Shown here in pieces: positions 1 to 10,710 of a stretch of DNA of 64,000 bases. How positions within the stretch are numbered: position 1 is the first letter of the stretch; each line of letters begins with the position of its first letter. Position numbers and translations under genes: made by a program. Source of the DNA: Candidatus Woesearchaeota archaeon (GTDB taxonomy: Archaea > Nanobdellota > Nanobdellia > Woesearchaeales > UBA583); NCBI GenBank assembly GCA_965205335.1, contig OZ242164.1:672001-736000 (forward strand), read 5' to 3'. The notes beneath the pieces are model-generated. The model searched no databases and was not told the DNA's origin. It saw only the letters and a program-made list of their open reading frames with translations.

Positions 1-53
1 AATCTGAAATCCCAAACAAAACTTTTTAAATCAAATTGACTTTTAAAATCTAT

Positions 54-2021
54 ATGGCAAAGACTGGTTCTAAGAAACCAAATGAGAAGAAAACTGAAAC
101 AAAGAAAAATCCCATAAAAGACTATCTAAACTTTAAAGACACAGAAGAAATAAATGTTGCAGATAAAATTGTTAGTAAAGTCATAGGTCAAGAAGATGCA
201 CTTGAAGTTATAAAAAAAGCAGCCGCCCAGAAAAGGCATATCCTCCTGCTTGGAGAACCGGGGACAGGTAAATCAATGCTTGGAAAAGCACTTGCAGAAA
301 TACTTGCAACAAAAAGTGCACTAGATGTTCTGTCGTATCCAAACCCAAAAGATGAAAATAATCCCATTATTAAAATCACAAAAGCAGGAGATGGAGAGAA
401 AATTGTAAGCAGTTCAAAAGCAACCCAGTTAAATGGCATGAGTAGAGGACAGGGAGGAGCACTAATACTATTTCTAATACTTGGATTTGCAATATCTTAT
501 TACCATTACTGGAGATGGATTACTGAGAAGATTCCCGATGTAGTATATGCTGGATGGATTATTGCAGATGTTATAATAATTGCCTTTCTTGTCTTTGCAA
601 TTGTTCTCTCATCATCTATCTCGAAAAAATCAGGGCTTGGAGGCAGTGCAGATCAAACATCACCTAAACTAATAGTTGACAACTCAAACAAAAAAATCAT
701 ATTTGAAGATGCAAGTGGTGCTCATGAAGGAGCTCTTTTAGGAGATGTGTTACACGACCCTTTCCAATCAGGAGGATTAGGAACACCTGCCCACCAAAGA
801 GTTGTTGCAGGGATGATTCACAAAGCAAATGGAGGAGTCTTATTCGTAGATGAAATTGCAACACTAAAACCAGAAATGCAGCAAGAACTACTAACAGCAA
901 TGCAGGAAAAAGAAATGTCAATTACAGGACGTTCAGAACGTTCAGCAGGAGCAATGGTTAGAACAACTCCCGTTCCCACAGATTTCATTCTAATTGCGGC
1001 AGGAAACTTAGAAACTCTAACCCATATGCATCCTGCTTTAAGATCAAGAATCAGAGGTTACGGTTATGAAATTTATATGAACGAAAATATGGAAGATAAC
1101 TCAGATAACAGAAAGAAAATTATTCAGTTCATAGCGCAAGAAGTAAAAGGAGATGGAAAAATACCTCACTTCACTCCTCAAGCCGCAGAACTAATCATAC
1201 TTGAAGCAAAAAAGAGAGCAGACAAAGGAAACAAACTAACAACAAGATTTAGAGAACTTGGAGGAATAGTAAGAGCTGCAGGTGATATTGCAATTGAAAA
1301 GAAACATAAATTAGTTGAAACCATGGATATGAAAGATGCATTAACTAAAATCAAATCAATTGAAGGGCAGATGATATCTCGATACATCGAAATAAAAAAG
1401 CAGTATTCAGTAATTAGCACAACAGGTTCTGAAATTGGAAAAATTAATGGTTTGGCAGTTGTTGGACAGACACCTCCTTATGCGGGGATGATTATGCCAA
1501 TTGAAGCAGAAGTTGTAAAAGGTTCTAAGGGTGTATCATTTACCGCAACAGGAAAACTTGGAGAAATCGCAAAAGAATCCGTAACAAATGTCTCAGCTCT
1601 AATTCAGAAAATGTTTGGAGAAGATTTAACTAAGGACCATAGTGTATACATTCAGTTTGTTCAGACGCATACTGGAGTTGAAGGTGATAGCGCCTCTGTT
1701 GCAATTGCAACTTCAATTGTTTCAGCCTTAAAGAAAATTCCAATTAAACAGGACTTCGCTCTAACTGGCTCATTATCAATAAGAGGTGAGGTTCTTCCAA
1801 TTGGAGGAGTTAGTGCTAAAATTGAAGGAGCCTTTGAATCAGGAATTAAAAATATAATAATTCCTCAGTCAAACGTTCAGGACTTAGTAATTCCAGAGAG
1901 AATAAGAAAAGAAGTGAACATCTATCCAGTACACAACTTCGCTCAGATTTTAGACAAGATTCTTGATTGGAAAACAAAAGATAGTAAAACAAGAAATAAA
2001 GTTAAGAAATTATTGAAGTAA
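54..2021 (+). CDS. lonB: Archaeal membrane-anchored Lon protease (LonB)
   Basis: Walker A GEPGTGKS, two TM helices inserted in the AAA domain, Walker B LFVDE, Ser-Lys dyad EGDSAS...KIEGA; ATG at 54 preferred over TTG at 36. Confidence 0.95.
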   Translation: MAKTGSKKPNEKKTETKKNPIKDYLNFKDTEEINVADKIVSKVIGQEDALEVIKKAAAQKRHILLLGEPGTGKSMLGKALAEILATKSALDVLSYPNPKDENNPIIKITKAGDGEKIVSSSKATQLNGMSRGQGGALILFLILGFAISYYHYWRWITEKIPDVVYAGWIIADVIIIAFLVFAIVLSSSISKKSGLGGSADQTSPKLIVDNSNKKIIFEDASGAHEGALLGDVLHDPFQSGGLGTPAHQRVVAGMIHKANGGVLFVDEIATLKPEMQQELLTAMQEKEMSITGRSERSAGAMVRTTPVPTDFILIAAGNLETLTHMHPALRSRIRGYGYEIYMNENMEDNSDNRKKIIQFIAQEVKGDGKIPHFTPQAAELIILEAKKRADKGNKLTTRFRELGGIVRAAGDIAIEKKHKLVETMDMKDALTKIKSIEGQMISRYIEIKKQYSVISTTGSEIGKINGLAVVGQTPPYAGMIMPIEAEVVKGSKGVSFTATGKLGEIAKESVTNVSALIQKMFGEDLTKDHSVYIQFVQTHTGVEGDSASVAIATSIVSALKKIPIKQDFALTGSLSIRGEVLPIGGVSAKIEGAFESGIKNIIIPQSNVQDLVIPERIRKEVNIYPVHNFAQILDKILDWKTKDSKTRNKVKKLLK

Positions 2022-2044
2022 TATTATGCAAAATAAATATTTTA

Positions 2045-2497
2045 TTATTTATTTTCTTTTTCAATCACTTCAATTTCATTAATTCTTCTCCTATGTCTGC
2101 TTTCTCCAATGAAATCAGTTTCTAGAAAAACTTTAATTATCTCATAATACTTAGAATGATCAAACTCTCTTGAACGAAGAGTTAAAACATTAGCATCCTC
2201 ATCAAGTCTTGCCATTTTAGATGAATACGTGTCAAATCCCAAAACTGCTCTTATTAAATTAATCTTATTTGCAGCAATACAAACCCCAACACCACTGCCG
2301 CATATTAAAATCCCAAACGAATTCTTTTCACTAAGAACCCTCGCGCAAACTTTCTTTGTAATCATAGGATAATCATCATCTAATTTGAACTCAAAAAAAC
2401 CAACATCCTCATACACACAATCAAGTTGCTCCAAAATATCCAAAATCTCTTTCTTAGTCTCAAACCCAGCATGATCACAACCAACAAAAACCTTCAT
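2045..2497 (-). CDS. rpiB: Ribose-5-phosphate isomerase B
   Basis: GCDHAG, DDDYP, GILICGSGVG, ANK and RHRRRI motifs. Confidence 0.93.
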   Translation of the reverse strand: MKVFVGCDHAGFETKKEILDILEQLDCVYEDVGFFEFKLDDDYPMITKKVCARVLSEKNSFGILICGSGVGVCIAANKINLIRAVLGFDTYSSKMARLDEDANVLTLRSREFDHSKYYEIIKVFLETDFIGESRHRRRINEIEVIEKENK

Positions 2498-2582
2498 AAC
2501 AATTCACAAACTCAATCAATTATAAATATTTCTAACCCAAAAAATATTAGAAACACAAATATCATATTTCATATTAGAACTA

Positions 2583-4367
2583 TCACAACCCCCACAAAGT
2601 ATCTTCCTTTCTCATAATCTCTGCAATCTCTTTTAAAGTCCCAACCTCATCTTTACTTAGAAGATCTGAATTTCTCTTCAAACTTCTAAAATTCTCCTCT
2701 CCCATAAATGAATATAAAACCGAATCCTCCTGAGCATGCCTTCCTATAACCAAATCATCAACAGAAATTGCCGCAGACTTTCCAAACTCTAACTCTTTAA
2801 GATTATTAGAATTATCCTTAATCGACTTTAACTCCCCAACCCTTTTACCATAATCATTCATAAGCCTGACCCCTGTCTTAGCCTTTCCCCCTGTAACCTC
2901 AACTCCCACAATCGCAGGATTTGACGCCCTGAAAATACAATTAGATAAAATCTTTACTTTAAACGGCATAACCAATGACTCTAATCTTTTTCTGTTAATT
3001 TCAATCTCTTTTTTCTCAATCCACTGCGATGCATCCTCAACCAACTTATATATAATATCATTTGAAATAACCTCAACATTATACTCCTTTGCCATTGCAA
3101 GAGTATCATCATCTATCTTCTGTGAAAAATTTAAAACAAGAGCATTCTTAGGATTATGCTTTAAATCTGCACCTGCATCAATTACATCCTTTCTATTCAC
3201 TTTTCCAATCAAAGCCTTTCTTAACGGAATATTATGTTCCTCTAATATATGCGAAAGAGCTTCAAGTGAACCTAAAGTATCTGCCTTGATAAGAACACCC
3301 TCATCACTGTGATTTATTGAAACTTCTGCTTTTTCTCTCTCCAACTCCTCAATGTATTGGTTCAGTTCAATCTCTGTTACATCTGCCCGCGCAGTAATTA
3401 TGGGCATTCCTGCTTTAATATCCTCTAAATCCGGACAGGCTAACTTAATTCCTGATGCAGCCCAAACTTCCTTAACTACTTCAAACTTAGTAGAACTATC
3501 TCTTATCTCCGTTAATTCCTTTGGCTTCAAAATTGATTTTAACCTTGACTTCTGAACCCCATCAATATCAAGTGCTAAAACCACATCATCCGATTTTATA
3601 AGCCCATCATACAAAATCACATCAATTGTCTTTCCAAGTCCCGTATAATCCTTCACCTCAAGAATAACTCCCTTTGATGAATCAAGATTTTTAATTGTTA
3701 ACTTTTCCTCCATGTATTTCTGAGTAAGTCCTGTAAGTGTTGAAATAAGTTCAGTTATACCTTCCCCTGTCTTTGCTGAAATTGGAACAATCGCAACAGA
3801 CTTTGTAAAATCATCAATCCTATCAAACCTCTCAGAATTTATTCCAAACTCAGCAACTTTTCCTACTATCTCATATATCTTTTCCTCAAACTTATAATTA
3901 ACCCTTTGCTCCTGAGAATTTATACTATCAATTAATTTCATTTTAGGATGAGAATCCCACCCTGCAATATTATCTATCTTATTTGCCGCAATTACAAATG
4001 GAGTCTTCATTGACTTTAAAATCTCAAGAGCCTCAATCGTCTGGGGCTTAAAACCTTCATTAATATCAACCACAAGAATTCCAATATCTGATATTGATCC
4101 ACCTCTCTTTCTTAGAGAAGTAAACGCTTTATGCCCTGGCGTGTCAATAAACAAAAGTCCTGGAATCTTTATGGCCTCTTTGGGAATAAACCCCTTAACA
4201 ATTTTAATTAAATTTTCCTTGGAAACTTCTGTTGCTCCTATATGCTGGGTAATACCTCCTGCTTCTTTAGAAATAAGTTTTGAGTTTCGTATAAAATCAA
4301 GAAATGATGTTTTTCCATGGTCAACATGACCCAGAACTGAAATAATTGGCTGGCGTAAATAAGACAT
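2583..4367 (-). CDS. infB: Translation initiation factor aIF5B (IF-2)
   Basis: LRQPIISVLGHVDHGKT, GGITQHIGA, DTPGH, NKID; SD-like GAGGTGA upstream. Confidence 0.97.
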   Translation of the reverse strand: MSYLRQPIISVLGHVDHGKTSFLDFIRNSKLISKEAGGITQHIGATEVSKENLIKIVKGFIPKEAIKIPGLLFIDTPGHKAFTSLRKRGGSISDIGILVVDINEGFKPQTIEALEILKSMKTPFVIAANKIDNIAGWDSHPKMKLIDSINSQEQRVNYKFEEKIYEIVGKVAEFGINSERFDRIDDFTKSVAIVPISAKTGEGITELISTLTGLTQKYMEEKLTIKNLDSSKGVILEVKDYTGLGKTIDVILYDGLIKSDDVVLALDIDGVQKSRLKSILKPKELTEIRDSSTKFEVVKEVWAASGIKLACPDLEDIKAGMPIITARADVTEIELNQYIEELEREKAEVSINHSDEGVLIKADTLGSLEALSHILEEHNIPLRKALIGKVNRKDVIDAGADLKHNPKNALVLNFSQKIDDDTLAMAKEYNVEVISNDIIYKLVEDASQWIEKKEIEINRKRLESLVMPFKVKILSNCIFRASNPAIVGVEVTGGKAKTGVRLMNDYGKRVGELKSIKDNSNNLKELEFGKSAAISVDDLVIGRHAQEDSVLYSFMGEENFRSLKRNSDLLSKDEVGTLKEIAEIMRKEDTLWGL

Positions 4368-4412
4368 AATAAGTCACCTCGTTTAAACATAGAACTAATT
4401 AATCCATATGAG

Positions 4413-4420
4413 TTTATAAA
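4413..4420 (-). promoter_or_regulatory. TATA box for aIF5B gene
   Basis: TTTATAAA about 50 bp upstream of the ATG, with an SD in between. Confidence 0.6.
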
Positions 4421-4434
4421 AGAAATGGTTTAAC

Positions 4435-5328
4435 GGCACTGTCCATAAATTCAAATTTAAGAATTAACAACTCGAAAAAACAATGTTTAATTTTGAAACT
4501 TTTCCAAACTATATACAATTATATACGTTTGTAAACACTTGTATATAAACTACAACAAATCATATCGTTTTCGGTGTTTTTTTTTGTTATTATGCATAAT
4601 AATTATATACATTTGTATATAAACCACAACGAATCATATCGTTTTAGGTGTTTTTTTGTTATTTCCACTATATACAATCATATACGCTTGTAAACAAACT
4701 GTAACGAATTGTATCGTTTTCGGTGTTTTTTTTGTTGAGTTTGAATGACTTGTTAAATTTGTTTGTTATTTTCACCATATACAATCATATACGCTTGTAA
4801 ACAAACTATAACGAATTGTATCATTTTAGGAGTTTTTTCATGTTGAAATCTATTTTTGATGTTTTCTCCCATGATTATCTTTAGAATTTTGATGTTTATA
4901 AAGATATTTATTTGAGGGTTCTGTAACAAATTCTGCTACAATTTCTAATGTGTTTTCCGCTGAAAATCTGAACATTATACTGTTCATCTCTTTGATTATA
5001 GTGATGATGATAATAGTCGGAATAGGATACAAATATAAAATACTTAATGAACTCCGACTTGGAAAGAGCAACACGCAAAAAAGCAAACTCCTCTAAATCC
5101 TTGATTGCTGTAATTATGTTTCTGAATCACTCTCCTCATAAATTCAAGAGAACTTAAAATATTGTATCAATAAAGTAATTTTTGACAAATAATCTTTTTC
5201 TTTTTCATCAATATTTAGAAAATTACACAACTACTCATAATCAGAAAGCACTTTGCTATCTGCTCTTCATTTTTAATTTTCTCTAATATCTCTTTTTAAT
5301 TCCTTTATTTGAATTTATGGACAGAGCC
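4435..5328. mobile_element. 894-bp non-autonomous IS5-related element (composite MITE) with 8-bp target-site duplication
   Basis: Left TIR GGCACTGTCCATAAATTCAAAT (4435-4456) matches right ATTTGAATTTATGGACAGAGCC (5307-5328) at 21/22; GGTTTAAC duplicated at 4427-4434 and 5329-5336; no transposase ORF. Confidence 0.9.
4510..4840. repeat. Imperfect tandem repeats, units of about 75-107 bp, inside the element
   Basis: TATC(G/A)TTTT(C/A)GG(T/A)GTTTTTT four times (~4562, 4636, 4711, 4818); ATATACAAT(C/T)ATATACG(C/T)TTGTAAACA three times (~4510, 4669, 4777). Confidence 0.85.
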
Positions 5329-5342
5329 GGTTTAACCTTTCA

Positions 5343-6152
5343 TTAATAATTATCATAATGAGATAGATATATTTTCTCTCCACAATTCTTGCAATGTATT
5401 GCATCAGGCTCGTGATGGTGAAGCCCACAGGAATTGCACACCACATTTCTTTTTCGAGAATCATGCAATAAAAATTTCAGCAAAGAGGAAATATGCCAAG
5501 GTATAATTATTATACCACCAAGAATCGCAAACATTGTAATTAATCTGCCAAGATATGTTGCAGGAACAATATCACCAAAACCAACTGTCGTTACTGTAAC
5601 AAGTATGAAATAAAGAGCATCATCAAAAGATTGAATATTTGGATTAACTTGATTCTCAAATGCATAAAAGAAACCAGAGGATACAAATATAATCATAAAT
5701 ATCATAAATAACAACCTGATAATAAATAGCTTATGAAAACCACCCTTACTAAGATGTAATCTGTGTGTTGAAAGGTAAATCTCTGAATATCTAAGTATTT
5801 TAAAAAATCTAAAAATTAATAAGAACTGCAAGTCTGATAGCCCAATCCAAAAAGGAATAATTGCAAGTATGTCAATCCAAGTATATACTGATTTAAAGTA
5901 TTTCTTTTTATTTCTTGAAACCCAATACCTTAAAAATATTTCAAATGTAAATACTAAAACTATTAACAACTCAATATAATTAATGACCTCTAAAATCATA
6001 TCTGACAGAGGATATGTTCCAAGCACATAAAGAACTGCACTTAATAAAATTAAAAATACAATTACTAAATCAAAATGATACAATCTCTTGTTATTATTAT
6101 ATCCAAGGTCTTTCATGTGAGACTTTGTTAGATTGTGTTTTGATTTTAACAT
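5343..6152 (-). CDS. 6-TM voltage-gated-type potassium channel with C-terminal zinc ribbon
   Basis: Selectivity filter TTVGFGD, IDILAIIPF, S4-like basic segment, C-terminal CNSC...CKNC. Confidence 0.92.
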   Translation of the reverse strand: MLKSKHNLTKSHMKDLGYNNNKRLYHFDLVIVFLILLSAVLYVLGTYPLSDMILEVINYIELLIVLVFTFEIFLRYWVSRNKKKYFKSVYTWIDILAIIPFWIGLSDLQFLLIFRFFKILRYSEIYLSTHRLHLSKGGFHKLFIIRLLFMIFMIIFVSSGFFYAFENQVNPNIQSFDDALYFILVTVTTVGFGDIVPATYLGRLITMFAILGGIIIIPWHISSLLKFLLHDSRKRNVVCNSCGLHHHEPDAIHCKNCGEKIYLSHYDNY

Positions 6153-6205
6153 CTAAGCCATCTACCATTATTAAACTTTATAAACATTTACTTTTCCCAT
6201 ATAGT

Positions 6206-6667
6206 GTGTATAAAAAAATATATAAAATCATCAACAATAGATTTTTCGATCATTTATCTGCTTTAGGAAGTTTTGAAATATGTACATTGTACTTTATTCT
6301 ACTGCTCATTTTTGAGTTATATCCTGAGGCTTTATTTTATTTCATAGGATTTTTTATAATACATCTTATTGGAATAATAGTTAGAAGTTCTGTTAAAAAA
6401 GACAGGCCAACACCTTCTAAATATTCCGGAATTTTCGCAAGATATTACAATCCTTCATTTCCTTCAATGCACATGGCAAGAATTGTTTTTGTAGGTTTGC
6501 TTTTTATAAACTTGTTTAAAAAAATTGAGTTTAGCATTTTTATGATAATAATTATGATTATTGTAATGCAGTCAAGAATTCATATGAAAAAACATGATTA
6601 TTACGACATATTAGGAGGTATCTTTCTGGGAATTTTCATATATTATTTGATTAATTTAATCTTATAG
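6206..6667 (+). CDS. PAP2-family membrane phosphatase
   Basis: KKDRP, SFPSMH and SRIHMKKH motifs; GTG at 6206 chosen because it follows TTTATAAA at ~6177. Confidence 0.85.
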   Translation: MYKKIYKIINNRFFDHLSALGSFEICTLYFILLLIFELYPEALFYFIGFFIIHLIGIIVRSSVKKDRPTPSKYSGIFARYYNPSFPSMHMARIVFVGLLFINLFKKIEFSIFMIIIMIIVMQSRIHMKKHDYYDILGGIFLGIFIYYLINLIL

Positions 6668-6699
6668 GTTTTTTGTACTAAAAATATTCTACAAATTTT

Positions 6700-7386
6700 T
6701 TATTGTATTATAGTTCCTTTGAATTCATTTCTGTCTAAGTAATTATTTAGGCTTGTTAAATCCTTTCCATTTATGACAGCAACTTTTAATTTCAGTTCTC
6801 TGCACTTTTTTGATGCAATAGGATCAAACGGAGCAGACATCCCCGGACTCCAGGTATCACCTACTATTTCGCAAAAATCATCCCAGCAAATTCTCTCATA
6901 TCTTTTTGCATCAGTATTTACTCTCGGGTCTTCACTATAAACATACTCAACATTTGATAAATTAATTACATCCTCTGCATTGAATTTTTCCGCTAAAAGA
7001 ACTGCAACATAATCAGAACTAAATCCTGGTTTCCAACCCGAACCAATTAATATTTTTTCATTAAATTCTATTTCTTTTAAATCTTTAATAGGGTTTTTAA
7101 TCACAAAGAGGTTTGCCTCACTTTTAAAAATTATTCTAAGCAAGTGACCATTAATTCTTGTTGCATGAATACCAAGCCAATCCTTATCAGAATCATCAAT
7201 TTGTGCAATCTTCTCAGTAGCTATTTGATACTTTCTGGCAGTTTTCCCTCCACCTGTTATTATTATAAATCTATCTCCCTTTTCAATTCTCTTTAATATG
7301 AACTGCTTAAATTCTTTTAGAAACTCAAAATCTATTTCATCTGGAACTATTAAAGAACCCCCCAATGAAATCACATGCAAACCCAT
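6700..7386 (-). CDS. pyrH: UMP kinase (archaeal type)
   Basis: ISLGGS, GGGKTARKY, DWLGIHATRING, PGFSSD, PFDPIA. Confidence 0.95.
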   Translation of the reverse strand: MGLHVISLGGSLIVPDEIDFEFLKEFKQFILKRIEKGDRFIIITGGGKTARKYQIATEKIAQIDDSDKDWLGIHATRINGHLLRIIFKSEANLFVIKNPIKDLKEIEFNEKILIGSGWKPGFSSDYVAVLLAEKFNAEDVINLSNVEYVYSEDPRVNTDAKRYERICWDDFCEIVGDTWSPGMSAPFDPIASKKCRELKLKVAVINGKDLTSLNNYLDRNEFKGTIIQ

Positions 7387-7516
7387 TCTAATAAAACCAA
7401 GAAATAAATCTTATTTAAAGTTTTCTACAAAGATAAGAATTTAAAAATGAACTAAATAAAACTCTAAACAATTACCTCTAACTTTCAATTCTTGAATAGG
7501 TAATTGAACTAACACT

Positions 7517-10500
7517 TTACCCTACAAAGATTTGAACTATTGTATTAAAAACTCTCTCGAAAACAAATTTAATCTTATTGCTTGTAGCTTCATTTCCTAA
7601 ATCATCTACTGCTCTAAGTGACACATTAAACTCATCCTCATTTTTCCCAAACACTCTTTGTGAAATATCTAACTCAATAGTAAATTCACCTTTACTCTTT
7701 GGCTCTTTACTATTCTCTTGACAACAACCATTAATTAAAGTGGAAACTGAAACATCTCTATCAACTGTTCCATTTATTATAAACACATTAAAATTATCTG
7801 CAAACTGCACATCCGAGATATCAAACGGAATTCCACTCTGAGAAAGTCCTATTATTTCAATACTTAATGAATCATCCCGTGTTATAACTATCTCCTTCTC
7901 TGTTTCTTCCCCATCCCAATTTCTTGCATTCAAAGTAAACGAATTAGAACCTCTTGACAAATCAACAAAACACACAAAACTAAAATCATCAAAGTAACAA
8001 ATATCTCCATTTATAATTACATCCGTCAAAACAGATTTACTTGTTATCTGTCCCTGAACTACTCCCTTATCTGCATTTGTCAATAAATCATTCCCATTAA
8101 AATATATCTTGAAATCTATCTCCGCTCTTGTAGGATTTGCATTTAATGTATTTCTAAAATCTTTATATAAAGAATTCCCTGCCATATCTGAAACATTAAC
8201 ACTTATTCTTCTGCTTGTACCCCCATCAACAAAATAGCACTCATCATGCAAACTAATCCTCTCATAACCACTGCAACCACCTAAACTTGATGAATTTCCA
8301 TCTACTAATATACTCAGAGCATTTGCGTCAATATTTGAAAAAGTTCCATCAATTAACACATTAACTCCTCCTCCATTCGAAATAAAATATACCTTAGGTT
8401 TCATATTATCAACACTTATTATCTCTCCATACGAATCAAAAGGATTCCTACTTGACTCAATCCCTCTTAACAGAGGAGTTCTTATCCCTAACCAATCAAC
8501 TGGAGATAACTCAAACCTCTCATCACTAATAACAAAAGGATTTGAATTAGAAGCCTCATAACTATATATCAAAGAATTTGTCTCTTTGCTATATCCATCT
8601 ACCCTTCCAGAAATTAACTTAGAATACCTATCTAATTTCACATCATTTGATGAATCATCATAAAATATAGGTAAGACCTTTTTAATTGCATTATCTGAAA
8701 CATCATAACCCCTAACTCTCAAATCAGATCTGTTGGCTGGATTTGAAAAAATTGCTTCAAAATAATTACCATACAACACATAATTATTACTTCCACCCAC
8801 ACTTAAAGATGAATAATTAAACGAAGAATCTATTATCTGTCCTGAAACTCTTGCAAAAGAACCTTGCCCATAACTTGATTTATCAATATAATTCAACTTC
8901 AAAACAGGTCTCTCAATAGACGAATAATACTTAAAATTAGAAGTAAACACATCTCTATTTGAATTAATGTGTCTAAGTTCCAAATCTCCCGAGGGCTCAC
9001 TTATATTTAACCTTAAATCTACAGAATTATCAGACCTAATATTATAATCAACTACTTCTCTTCCATCTAACCTTATTGACTCAAATGCTATATTCTCAGA
9101 AAAATACAATACTAACCCATTCATTCCCTCTCCTAAGAATAGATGATTTCCTATCCTCTTTGATGACCTTCCATCAAAATCAATTCTCTCAATAGCAGTT
9201 AAACGAGGATTAATACTAAATGTCCCTGAAATAGAACTTAATTTTGATGCTCTATCTCTTGCTACAACTTCATAAGAATTCTCACTCTCTTGATAATTTT
9301 CCAAGTTTACCATATAATAATTTGACACTCTTTGAATTTTATTTGTACTAACCTTAACACCATTAATACTTACATTCATTGTTTCTAAATCCACACCAGT
9401 ATCATCTGTTATTTTGAAGACTAAATTATATGTACCATTTAAAAAAGAAGTACCAGATACCAATTCTATCTGTGGTTCTTGCGTATCATAATATATATAA
9501 CCTGAAATATATTCTCCATTATATCCTTCAATATAAACATAATTCTTCCCTGGCTTCAAATCGCTAATTTCTACAGAATAACTTCTATCCGAGAGAACTA
9601 CTGAATTAATATTCTCCCCATTTACATAAACATTTACAGGTAAGTCCATATTAGTATTTCCATTAATAGTTACAGTATCTTGCGAAACTATTTTGAAATC
9701 CTCTAACGGATTTGAAGTAAACCTGAAATTTACATTCAAATATGTTACATTTACAGAAGTTGAAGCATCCTTTGTTTTAATCTCTAAAATATTCTCTCCT
9801 TTATTTAACAGAACAAACCCTGCAAAAGTATTATCACCTGCTGAGAGAACCTTATTTCCATTAATATAAACAGGAACTCCCTTCTGTGTTGGACTACTTA
9901 ATGTTCCTTCAACATAGAAATTTCTCTTCTTTGAAAAATAACTATTATCACTTGCTTTAACAGTATTTGGCACTGAACTTAAATCAGAAATAGTAATGTT
10001 TTCTACATTCTGCTCATTTGAAGGAGATTCTTCTTCAAAGTAAATTATCCTCTCAATAGTATCAGATTTAATTCCATTTGTATTATTACTATAAAAATAA
10101 ACTAATGCTCTATTATTTGAATTTCTATTACTGAGTTCTAAACTAAACACTCCATTCTCATCAGGCCTTACCTCTCTAAGAACTTCCCCACTCTTGCTCT
10201 GGGCAACAACACTATACAATGGATTTGCATAACCCATAATTGTAATTGTGTTTGCATTAACTCTTAAACTTGGTTCAATTACAGGCGGTTTTGAATTTGA
10301 ATTATCAAATATAAACTCAAATTCCTTTACAGTATGATTCTTTCTCCTATTGTATGCTATCACTTCTAAAACATATACTCCCGGCTCTGTAAACGGATCT
10401 AAATTCTTAATTGAATTACTTTCTATTGAAACCTGAATTTCATTACCTCTGTTATTTTTATTAAATATTCTGGCATTAAAAGAATCCAAATCATTCTCAT

Positions 10501-10648
10501 CTGAAATGTCCAAATTAAAGATATTATATGGAGAGTCAAATATTATACACTCAGAATCATACGAGTCAATTTGGCAGTCTTGTGCATATAACGAAAAAAC
10601 GCAAAATAATGAAACTATTACAAAAACAGTATATATTCTTTTTAGCAT
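7517..10648 (-). CDS. Large secreted/surface protein with repeated Ig-like beta-sandwich domains
   Basis: N-terminal signal peptide; recurring Ig-like motifs (LNKGENILEI, LKPGKNYVYIE, VVARDRA, VSDMAGN, AVDDLGN). Confidence 0.7.
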   Translation of the reverse strand: MLKRIYTVFVIVSLFCVFSLYAQDCQIDSYDSECIIFDSPYNIFNLDISDENDLDSFNARIFNKNNRGNEIQVSIESNSIKNLDPFTEPGVYVLEVIAYNRRKNHTVKEFEFIFDNSNSKPPVIEPSLRVNANTITIMGYANPLYSVVAQSKSGEVLREVRPDENGVFSLELSNRNSNNRALVYFYSNNTNGIKSDTIERIIYFEEESPSNEQNVENITISDLSSVPNTVKASDNSYFSKKRNFYVEGTLSSPTQKGVPVYINGNKVLSAGDNTFAGFVLLNKGENILEIKTKDASTSVNVTYLNVNFRFTSNPLEDFKIVSQDTVTINGNTNMDLPVNVYVNGENINSVVLSDRSYSVEISDLKPGKNYVYIEGYNGEYISGYIYYDTQEPQIELVSGTSFLNGTYNLVFKITDDTGVDLETMNVSINGVKVSTNKIQRVSNYYMVNLENYQESENSYEVVARDRASKLSSISGTFSINPRLTAIERIDFDGRSSKRIGNHLFLGEGMNGLVLYFSENIAFESIRLDGREVVDYNIRSDNSVDLRLNISEPSGDLELRHINSNRDVFTSNFKYYSSIERPVLKLNYIDKSSYGQGSFARVSGQIIDSSFNYSSLSVGGSNNYVLYGNYFEAIFSNPANRSDLRVRGYDVSDNAIKKVLPIFYDDSSNDVKLDRYSKLISGRVDGYSKETNSLIYSYEASNSNPFVISDERFELSPVDWLGIRTPLLRGIESSRNPFDSYGEIISVDNMKPKVYFISNGGGVNVLIDGTFSNIDANALSILVDGNSSSLGGCSGYERISLHDECYFVDGGTSRRISVNVSDMAGNSLYKDFRNTLNANPTRAEIDFKIYFNGNDLLTNADKGVVQGQITSKSVLTDVIINGDICYFDDFSFVCFVDLSRGSNSFTLNARNWDGEETEKEIVITRDDSLSIEIIGLSQSGIPFDISDVQFADNFNVFIINGTVDRDVSVSTLINGCCQENSKEPKSKGEFTIELDISQRVFGKNEDEFNVSLRAVDDLGNEATSNKIKFVFERVFNTIVQIFVG

Positions 10649-10710
10649 AAGGCTTTATCTTCATCAATCTTAAAAAAATTAAGTATTAATAAAAAGTAGT
10701 AAAATAAAAA

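Noticed and set aside
4510-4840. Repeats as a degenerate CRISPR array or replication origin
   Set aside because: No constant repeat with unique spacers, no ORB-like G-string or cdc6, and the repeats lie inside a TSD-flanked element
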